The translations under genes were made by a program, and so were the position numbers. The notes beneath the pieces are model-generated. The model was not told the DNA's origin, did no database searches, and saw nothing but the letters and a program-made list of their open reading frames with translations. A stretch of DNA of 64,000 nucleotides, from contig OX597814.1 of the NCBI GenBank assembly GCA_951406725.2, positions 146,320,001-146,384,000 on the forward strand, in the 5' to 3' direction. Position 1 is the first letter of the stretch, and each line of letters starts with the position of its first letter. Origin of the DNA: Octopus vulgaris. Lineage: Eukaryota. This document shows, one piece after another, positions 54,124 through 64,000 of this stretch.

Positions 54124-55134
54124 TGATGTAACATGGGTCATTTCAGCACAAAGCCAAACTTAACTTATTCCTATATCAATTATTGAATCTGGCAGATAAG
54201 ATTAAGTTCATAGTACTGTCACACGAATTAGAGAGCAGCTTTTGGAAGAAACAATTTTTTTAATATCATATAGTGGCAATATCGTTACATTTGACCGTGT
54301 AGCAATCTATGTTTTCGTACGATAGTGTAATGCATGTTTTTATAAAATCAAATGAACTGGATACATGCCGAGGCCCTTACAATCTAAATTCATGTCAAAG
54401 GTAATTCATATTTTTATGGTTTGCCAGGTTCTTCCACTTCAACAGATATATGATTTCAGTGTATGATAGAAAGAATTATTTTAGCATTTTCTTGCAGAAT
54501 CAAAGTAGCACAATAAGGTATTCAACAATATGGATTCCTGCGAATGCTGCCATTGATTTGAAACAACCGAAAATATATTCTTATGCTTCCGTACATGAGA
54601 AAGACAATTGCTTCAATTTTAAGGCACAATATATTTATGTGCGATTTTAGATATATATCTAAAAGAATCGGCTACAAATATAATTATATCGATGTAGGAT
54701 CAGTATTTGAGTCACCGAATTCGTTTCATTTTGGGTATGTTTTGAAATTCGGTTCATATTTTTATAAGACGGCTTTGAGAAAATGACTATTAGATACTCA
54801 CCGTTAACAATAATAGACTTATTTTCTAACTGCTGGCATATGATCAGAGACACGAATATTGCAATGTTGCATATATTGTCCACATTTCTCTAGAAATAGG
54901 AGCATTTATCTGCAGAATTTCCTTTGGAAATATTTAAGGAAATTGCACAATAAAATGTTTCACATAATATACAGGTAGCATCTAAACTTGCATTCGGAAG
55001 CTCTTCAAAATTCTGACCAATCATACATGAATTTACCTGCTCAGCTAACATAAACATAAACATTATTACAACTCTCTACACTAAAATATAATACTCCCAC
55101 AAAAATGTGTAGATGCATGACACGGATTTATGCA

Positions 55135-55188
55135 TGTATGTATGTATGTATGTATGTATGTATGTATGTATGTATGTATGTATGTATG

Positions 55189-55229
<41 letters not shown>

Positions 55230-55322
55230 CTCTATCCATCCATCCATCTATCTCTCTATCCATCCATCTCTCTATCCATCAATCCATCCATCCATCCATC
55301 CATCCATCCATCCACCCATCCC

Positions 55323-55403
<81 letters not shown>

Positions 55404-55445
55404 ATGTATGTATGTATGTATTTATGTATGTATGTATGTATGAAT
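55135..55445. repeat. Compound tetranucleotide microsatellite
   Basis: (TATG)n-(TATC)n-(CATC)n-(TATC)n-(TGTC)n-(TATG)n. Confidence 0.95.
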
Positions 55446-56045
55446 GTCTGTATACCTGACTGGCTGTTTGTCTGTATGTCAGTCTGCTTGCCTAGCTGTC
55501 TGTCTGTTTCTTTCTTTCACACACACACGCACAAATATACATAGACGTCTACGTATATAGGTATGTGTCAGTGTGTATCACTATATGCACGAGTGATTAT
55601 ATATGCGTGTGTATATTCATAAATATGTACCTATACGTACACAGACACACACACACACATATATATAAAACACAAAACTATGTGGTTATGCGGGCACGTG
55701 TATGCACACGCGTGTGTATCAAGAAGTAGCGGTAAAAAATATATAACACACCATATATTAGAATCCATTTAATGCTTCTTTATCTTGCATACCAGCTCCA
55801 AATTCTGTTTAATATCCTGGATGAGATTGCATTTTCTGTACTGGCATTGATTTCGTTGTTTGCTGCGATGTCATACTCACTTATATGCGTAGTTTCTAAA
55901 TATCTACGATTGTATCTGTTACATCTTAGGCTTTTCTAACTTGACTCACATATGGTTGTAATTCTAAAAAAAAATAAACCAAGGAAAAGATCTTAAACGT
56001 TGCAAAGCCTGCGTCATAGGTTTTTAAACTTCACTCTTTTAATGA

Positions 56046-56444
56046 TACTCTACTCTTTACTCTTTTACTTTTTTCAGTCATTTGACTGTGGCCATGCTGG
56101 AGCACCGCCTTTAGTCGAGCACATCGACCCATGACTTATTCTTTGTAAGCCTAGTATTTATTCTATCGATCTGTTTTACCGAACCGCTAAGTTACGGGGA
56201 CGTATACACAATAGCATCGGTTGTCAAACGATGTTGGGGGACGAACACAGACGCAAACACTCACACCCCTTTATATATATACGACGGGCTTCTTTGAGTT
56301 TCCGTCAACCAAATCCACTCACACGGCTTTGGTTGACCCGAGGCTATAGTAGGAGACACTTGTCCAAGGTGCCACGCAGTGGGACTGAACCCGGAACCAT
56401 GTAGTTCGTAAGCAAGTTACTTACCACACAGCCACTCCTACGCC
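56046..56444 (-). mobile_element. SINE family A, full length
   Basis: Colinear with 29868-30263; A and B boxes present; (GTAAAAGA)n-type tail. Confidence 0.9.
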
Positions 56445-56446
56445 AA

Positions 56447-56656
56447 TGGTATCAAATTCTGGCACTTGGCCAGAAAGTCTGTGGGTAGGCGTAAGTCGAT
56501 TACTTCGTCCCCAGTGCGACCCTGAAGGGATACAAATTAAGTCGATCTCGGCGGAATTTGATGATGGACGAAATACCATACCACGAAATACCACTAATCA
56601 TTTTGCCTGGCGTGCTAACGTTCTGCCCAGCGCACTAACGTTTCTGCCACTGCTTT
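56447..56656 (-). mobile_element. SINE family B, tail type 1 (diverged)
   Basis: TCAAATTCTGGCACTTGGCCAG...AAGTCGATCTCGGCGGAATTTG...GACGAAATACC...GCTAACGTTCTGCC. Confidence 0.7.
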
Positions 56657-56754
56657 AATAATAACGCCTACAATATCTCAGATATATATTATAGTAAGTC
56701 ATATACTACATCATGTATATATTCCTATGCCGGCTATATCATTTTCAAATTTAA

Positions 56755-58132
56755 ATGCCAATATGTTGTGCCTTGTCGACTGAACTACTGCAAACTCGAG
56801 AATTGGAAGTCAAGGACAGGGACTTCAAGAAGTTTAACACCTTATTGAAGAAGGAGGGAGACTGTTTAAGACCGACACCCCTGAAAGAAGTAACTGAGAA
56901 TACAGAAAAAAACCCATCACGTACAGAACGTTGTATATAGCAACAAAGAAGGTGGAAATAGCAGCCATTGAAGCGGTAGAGGAATGCTTAAAATAGATAG
57001 AGGATATAACCACATTCTACAGCAGAGGGCGAATGTTCGGTACGGTGGAGATGCGCTTCGTAAATGAGAACGAAGCAAAGAAATACTCCACCGGAGCCTT
57101 GAAATCAGCGAAAGTGTGCACTGTTACCTACTTACTGTGGTAAACGTGCGACCAGAATAAGGATCGGGAGGGCGCCCACCCCACCAAAATTGACGAGACA
57201 TGGCTTGCGGTAGACATCCTCTACAATACAGAAGAGGCTGAAGTCCTGAAAATGTCGAAGACTGCGGAGGGGAACTGAAGGAGGTATGGAGTAGTGGTAA
57301 TGGTCCATATCAGCCTACCAGACCTCCACAAGATTGTTGAAGAGCTCATTTTATCTGACGAAACCAGACTGAGAATTATTGTAGAAGGTAGACCTCCAAT
57401 ATGTTTTACATGTGGAATAAGGTGTCACGTGAATGCCAAGTGTCCCCAGAAACAAGAACAGGAGGAGGCGGAGAAAGAGAGTCGAGAAAAAGAGGAAAAG
57501 AAGTTTACGGTGGTACAAAAGAAGAGAAAAAACAGCGAATCCCCACCTAAAAAGAAAAGAAAGGCTTGGAAAATAAAAAGGAAAAAAGAAAAATGAGGAA
57601 TCAACAGGAGAACGAACGCAAAGACCAGAGACTTCAACAATCAATGAGGAGGAAAGACAGAAGAGACTAGAAACTGAGAAGGCGCAACAAATAAAGATGG
57701 AAACACGAGCAACATGGGATGAGAGTGAAGTAATACAGCCGAGAAAGCCACCGAAAAGAAAAGAAGTTCCAAGATGGAAGGCGTGATAAGGATTAAGCTG
57801 GGCGACAAAGAGGAGATTCGGAATATGAAAGCATAGTTACTGGAAGATGAGAGAGCATGAAGATTGAGAGACATATTCGGGGACAGGAGAAAGAATACAG
57901 CATTACGATTTAGACATGACGAATTACCATCAGTGATAGAATTCGAGCAGTTAATGGATTTTATGATTTAAACACGATACAAATAGGTAAAATGGAACTT
58001 TCTACTTTGTGGGGTAGGAAAGCCATTTCATTATTATTATTTTCCTAATTCATAATTGTACCCCACGCTTTGTGTTTTCTGTCCTTGTGGTGTCCCTTCT
58101 ATGTTGAGGCTTCATGCCTATGATAAAGAATA
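56755..58132 (+). mobile_element. ORF1-only non-autonomous retroposon (HAL1-like architecture), degenerate
   Basis: Frames give FGTVEMRFVNENEAKKYST, GKRATRIRIG, TWLAV, IVEGRPPICFTCGIRCHVNAKCP, colinear with the LINE ORF1; then a K/E-rich stretch and directly a LINE-like 3' tail at 58078-58132; no ORF2. Confidence 0.7.
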
Positions 58133-58134
58133 TA

Positions 58135-59283
58135 CGAAATGTCACCTCACTAATCATTTCGCCCCCAAATCATAATTGATACCCTCAGATGCCTCTCGCC
58201 ATTTTACAGGCCTTCCTATTTTTTCCATGTACCCTCGTTAATTATTGTGATGTCACTGCTTGCATCCAACTTTAATCTCGTATTCACATTACTTTTATAG
58301 ATACACATTTTCTTATTTGTGCGTCGCTTTCCCTTTGTGTTGACAATGCATTTTTCTCGAATCTTTTTTTGTTCGACTATTTTTCTTTCACCCAACAATA
58401 TACATTCTTGCGTCCAAGAATTTACATTGTTAGGACAGTTTTTTCAAATGCATTTCTCTACATCCGTAACATGGTTTTGATCTTGACTGTTGTTTTTCTT
58501 TTTTCGTATCTGTTACCGGTCGACACGTACCTATATTTCAATAATCGTTATCAATTTTTTTGCGTCCTGTAGTATATTTATAATTCTCTCGTATACTATA
58601 GCCACTATTTGTAGAGTTAGCTTTGAATCTCGTTCACAATTTGTCAATATTCAAGCCCTTATCTCTGCATCTTTACTTGCCGTTAATCCTTGTACGAAGA
58701 TTAAACATCTGAACATGTCCGGGCTTAATTCGAAGAGTTTAAATTTTTCCCTTCTCTGTTTACGATTCCGGCATACGGGACGAGATCTTTGCGCTCCTTT
58801 CTCTTCTTTTTTTTAAAATTTAAACACTCCCAGCGAATATTAAATAGTGAACTTCTTTCACTGAACATTTTAGATAATAGCTTAATTGTTTCCTCGAAAC
58901 AACTTTCGGATAGACTTCACGACAATATGTAAGTTCACAATTTTCATGTATTGCTGTTGATGATTTCCTTAAAAGAAGACGTACCTTCTTTTCGTCCGTC
59001 CAGCTTTTACACTTCCTTGAAGACTCCTTCACACCGTCTGAAGTATGCAGAAAACAAAACCTCTTCTGGATTGTACGTAAATTCTTCAATTGAATTCTCA
59101 AACGCGTCTACACAAAATCGAAGGGTTTTTTGACTGCAACGATAATTCCAACAACTGTTGATATGATTGTTGACGTTGTAGTTGCTATTGAACCTGTTCT
59201 TGCTGTTTGTGTTGTTCTTGTTCTTTCTGCTGTAGCTGCCGTTGCAACTGCTGCTGCTTTTATGTCCTTCTCTGAACACACTG
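58135..59283 (-). mobile_element. Gypsy LTR retrotransposon gag-protease remnant
   Basis: Minus strand: Q-rich N-terminus, NSIEEFTYNPEE..FSAYFRR, WTDEKKVRLLLRK, DMFRCLIFVQGL, and protease-like RLKLDASSDITIINEGTWKKIG. Confidence 0.85.
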
Positions 59284-59487
59284 TGTTAAAAGGTTATAAC
59301 AACACAAATATAAACCACGGACAACACGTAACAAACAATATCACTTCTCAACGACTTCTACGACGGTCTTCACAAAGTACCTGAGCACACCATACCGTTC
59401 TCTCACTGACAGTGTGCATGCGTCTTCATACGGTTTTTGGACAGTTGATTTGCTATCCCACAGGGGTCTCAGGATTTGAACATAACA
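59284..59487 (-). mobile_element. 5' LTR of the Gypsy remnant
   Basis: TGTTA...TAACA inverted termini directly upstream of gag, followed by a decayed PBS-like CAGTGTTCAGAGAAG. Confidence 0.65.
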
Positions 59488-59874
59488 TAAAAATATGTGC
59501 ACAAACCAACTTTTTAATTGAGATTCTTACACTTCATATTTCATAACAATACATGGCAATAGCATTATCTATCCTTTATAGGTCAGTAGGAATATTATCT
59601 TCAATAATTTCTTAGTTGTGTTACTCTGTGTATAAAATTGAATATATTCCCACTGTCACACGACATGAAACACTATCTGTTCGACATTACATTTACTGGT
59701 GAGATAAATAAGAAAGGTGGGTGAAATTGTCTCGCATAGAATTGGTGATGGTCCTGCGCCGTCTAACAATGGGAGTTCAGCGGTTCAACAGAATTATTTT
59801 CTCCCGAATCAAAGTGAAATTTGGAGGGATGATCAGCTTGACTTACGTATGTGTGCATATATGTATGTATTTTA

Positions 59875-59934
<60 letters not shown>

Positions 59935-60599
59935 CATACATGTACACACATTCACACACACATACACACACACAAACAAACACACATATTTTTCTATATA
60001 TCACCTTTCAATCTGTCTCTGCTTTTTTTTATCTAGTTCTATATATATGGGTGGGGGGATCTGCTCAAATATGTGGTGTTTTGTCATGAAGGAAATGCCG
60101 GCTGTGTGCTTGAGCGATTATTTCTGGTTGCATTGTTCATAAAAATTGAAAAGTAGCTGATAAATGCTCTTTATGCTCACTAGAGATTAGTGCTGGCGTT
60201 ATTGGACCTATCTGGATTAAATTCTCAAAAAACAAATACAGTCATATGTCTCCGTGCAGAAATAATACATTAAAAAGGTGATGTGATACCAGTTCTGCTA
60301 GCTAAATGTGCAATGCGTTGAGTACTTCAGATGCAAATGCTTTAGATGGGGGTTGCAATAGAATCAGGAGTTATTCAATGTTTAAATGTGGAGTATGTAG
60401 ATGAGAGTATCTGCAATACTTACAGGGAGGTCAACAAACGTAATTTCACAGCTGGGACTGTCTTAGGAGGAGACATCAACTGTCTCAAAAATGTTCTGAC
60501 TGCTCTGAGTAAATGTTGCTGAGTCCAAATGGATGAAACAACACGAAGAAATGTTATGCAAAGGAAGACAACTTCATTATGTACAAAATTAAAAATTTG

Positions 60600-61100
60600 A
60601 TTAGCCTACGATAAAATTTCAATTATATTTCCTGCTTCGTTTGCGTCGACTAAGTTGGACGATATGCCGTATGCTGAATAAAGAACCGTTATGAATTCCG
60701 TACTGCACTTCCCTATTAAAAGCATGTCAACCACATCTCCCACCAACCTTTCCTTTTATAAGCATCTCTGACAAATTACCTGTTAACTTTCTAATTCACC
60801 TGGCATATCCAAAAGAATTTCTACAGCTTCCCATACCGATAATTCTAGCAATTCTCTCCGTTCTGAACTTTAATATTGACTTTAATTATGGAAATTACGT
60901 ACAATCATCCTATTGTATTGTGCCAGAGACGCTTCTTCTCCATCAAATGTTGAAATCAATAGAAAGTACTAACAGTTTATTAATAGCTGATATAATCACG
61001 CTCACGCGGCTGTTATGGTAAATTAGATTGAACAAATAAGTCGAATGATTGATAACAAGGTGAAATTGGGATGAGATATTAATTAATCATAAACTTTGGA
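60600..61100 (-). mobile_element. Possible very old LINE RT remnant
   Basis: Faint minus-strand echoes of RT motifs in the expected order (SIDF..FD, ICQRC); heavily decayed. Confidence 0.3.
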
Positions 61101-61699
61101 ACATGATTCAATATTCAGAATTCTTCTAGCGTAATACTGGAGCAATCTTTGTGGAATTATTGTATGAATATTCTGGGTAGTTGTGAGTTCCAATATCGTG
61201 TAAGCTATTTTCTGATATTCATATGAAGGTTAAATATAATTTTTTTATATACATTTCTGGAGACGTCAGGTTAAGACAATTCTAGATCGAACAAATATAA
61301 CAGGCTTGTTCGACCCCGCTCCGTGAAGTATCTTAGGAATGTTACACAAGTTTTACCTTATGTAAACATAATTTCTTAGGCAAATAGAGTTAACAAATGC
61401 ATTGGAGCCTCGGCTTAAAAGTACAAGCTTGTGACAAAGGGTGCGCCACTGATGCTGCTTGAGAACTAGATAAGTGTAAAATGCCCAAATAAAGAAAGAA
61501 TTTAATTTTTGGAAGTTATGCAGGCGTTGGAGGTTCTTAAGTTCCGTGACAGATTTAGCTTTTCAAGAGAAGTTACCGAATATATTTTTGACTTGTAAAG
61601 GTTTCAAAAAGGCCAACTCAAGCTTCCGCTTTTGATTTCATTTCTGCTTCTCGTTGTTTATTATTATAAACGTTATAAAATCCATGCACGCGTGCGTAC

Positions 61700-62000
61700 A
61701 GGTGTGTCGGTGTGTCGATGTGTGGGTGTCTGGGTGTCCGTGTGTGACATTCCATCTCTGTGTGCCCAACTCTTCTGCTTCACCACTGGCGTTGATGTGT
61801 TTAGTCCTTACAATTTAGGGAGTGAGAAAATGAGATCATTATGATCTAGCAGGCATGAGAAAATGCATACAGGCGGTGCCCCAGCATGGCCGCAGTCTAA
61901 TGACTGAAATAGATATATGAGAAAAGGATAATTAGGGAACAAGACTCATATGTTTATAGGCGCAGGCGTGGCTGAGTAGTAACAAACTTGCTTCCTCAAT
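61700..62000 (+). mobile_element. SINE family A fragments (3' half followed by a new head)
   Basis: GGCGGTGCCCCAGCATGGCCGCAGTCTAATGACTGAAA at about 61872-61910; GGCGCAGGCGTGGCTGAGTAGTAA at about 61959. Confidence 0.75.
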
Positions 62001-62014
62001 TTTTTAATGCCCTA

Positions 62015-62250
62015 TCACAGAACTTCAGGGATCTGCAAGCTGTACACACGGAAGTCTTCAAAAACTTCTAGACAATTTTTTATCTGCAATTCGGGATGAA
62101 CCCACATAGCGGCAGGAGGCACGAAGAAGAGCGGCAATGTCCTACTCGGTTCTTCACCAGAAGCAATACTTGAAAAATCACCGGACGCAGTAAAGTCGGC
62201 GCACCAGAATGGCCTCAGCCTCTGTCTGAAACTCATAAAAGATAGAAGAT
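62015..62250 (+). mobile_element. Unclassified retroposon 3' fragment with a SINE-A-like tail
   Basis: GC-richer unique body ending GGCGCACCAGAATGGCCTCAGCCTCTGTCTGAAAC-TCATAAAAGATAGAAGA. Confidence 0.45.
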
Positions 62251-62292
62251 ATATAAAACATAGAAGTTATATATATATATAAAACATAGAAG

Positions 62293-62354
<62 letters not shown>

Positions 62355-64000
62355 ATGTATAGGTATGTGTATGTGTGTATGTATAAGTATGTGTATGTGT
62401 GTATTTATATATATCTATAACTATATGAGTTTAACAAAATATTTCTCATCGTAATGAACGTAAAGGTAACACGAGAAGAATCTTGTAGTGAGAAATAATT
62501 AAATTGGAAAAGCTGATAGGAAATCAAAATAAATCGATAAACAAATAATAGGAAAAGTGCAATGATGCTAGTTATGTAAAGAAGTAATTTAAAGTAAAAT
62601 TGCATGATGCGAATAAACTTAAATAAAGGAAATCACTAGCTAATTAGTGCTACTTCAATTAGTCTGAATAGGGTATAGACCTAAAGTACTTAATAAAAAG
62701 ACTGAATGCTAAAGTGGTATTCTAGGGAGCACAGTAAAAATCTATTTATAGGAGCTACGTTGTTTATAATTACAAAAATTCGTAGCATGAATATAAATGA
62801 ATATAAATATGAATGGGAGCAACACAGTAAATATTTGGACGATAAATGATTTTGGTGGGGAAGTTGAAATTTGTATGCGAACGTAAATTAATACGGCAAA
62901 AGATCAGATTAATTTTCTGATGTGTTGAGAATGATTTAGAAGTTTTTAAAAAGAAATGTTCACGGTTAATCTGCTGATGTGTTTAAATAACTGAGAGATG
63001 TGTTGAGTAAATAAGTGAAAAAAAAAATGAATATTTCAACGACCGCATGCCTAGAATGAATATTATAAGCCGTAACTTCGAAGATTGTCGAAGCCAATCA
63101 GATAGAGAATATTTTATTGATATGCCTTCTATATATAGAAGGCATATCAAAGAAATAATTATTGCACACATGCACGCACACACGAACAAACACACTCTCT
63201 CTGTCACACACACACACATCCATTCACTCTCCCTCTCACAAAACACACGCAACCCCATACCCACCAACCCATCCACACACACACAGACCCCCTACGCCCC
63301 CACGCCTCCCACCCCACCCTCCTATAGCCCCTACACGCCCCCACACGCCCACGCAAAACCCACATGCCCCACATGCCCCCACATGCCAAAACCTCCACTC
63401 CCATCCACACACACACACACACACAAACGAACACACTCTCTCTCACACACATTCACTCACTCACTCTTCCACACACACACATACACAGAGAAATTCATGC
63501 ATGAGCAGAAATACAACTATATGTCGGATCATCACTGAATAAATATAAATTCTTTGCTCCCTAAAGCACTCAATGCATGTTATGCTGCAGTATAGCGATA
63601 ATTTATAATCGATTTTTTTTCCACAGCTGTGTTCAGCAGTAGAATGAATAGTGAAATAAACTTAAATTAGTATTGCAACAACGACTAAACTAATGTTTGT
63701 TACTAATAAATTAAATAACAAATTAATCATCACAGGCATTTCAGTCCATATTTCCTATTATGTACGTTTGATAAAATTATGGTTACATGTTACAGTTGAA
63801 TAATAACAAAGGTTTGGTGCATATTACATAATGAGCATATTTAGATGTTATATAAATTGTAAAACATATTCACTGGATAAATCACACAGATGCAAATACG
63901 TACACAAACACACACACACACACACACGCACACACACACAAACTCACACACTCATATGATTGAAAAAAATGGAGGCAACAAGAACGAGTACAGTTAAACA

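Noticed and set aside
63047-63542. Proline/histidine-rich ORFs
   Set aside because: Degenerate (CA)n and C-rich simple sequence.

Overview
AT-rich, microsatellite-dense eukaryotic DNA with no recognisable host protein-coding exon, so probably intronic or intergenic. The SINE families and the heavy (AT)n/(ATCT)n load suggest a coleoid cephalopod, probably Octopus (inference). Nearly all ORF-track entries are microsatellite or antisense artefacts. Contents: a near full-length Tx1/L1-clade LINE (8427-14593) embedded in an (ATCT)n array; one clear and one faint ORF1-only relative of it; many tRNA-derived SINEs; two mariner remnants; two non-autonomous Helitron-like elements; a Gypsy LTR-gag-protease remnant; a solo LTR with a 5-bp TSD; an RTE 3' remnant; and several Penelope-like inverted-repeat elements in (AT)n tracts. 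Two signals stand out. (1) Hammerhead ribozyme motifs sit inside the palindromic elements, including a type I hammerhead with an intact core that is present on both strands of a perfect 132-bp palindrome (36039-36170). (2) The Tx1 LINE, a SINE subfamily and the ORF1-only element share a 3' tail whose stem-loop covaries, suggesting one retrotransposition system with two kinds of hitch-hiker. All family assignments come from motif recognition by eye; no database searches were run.
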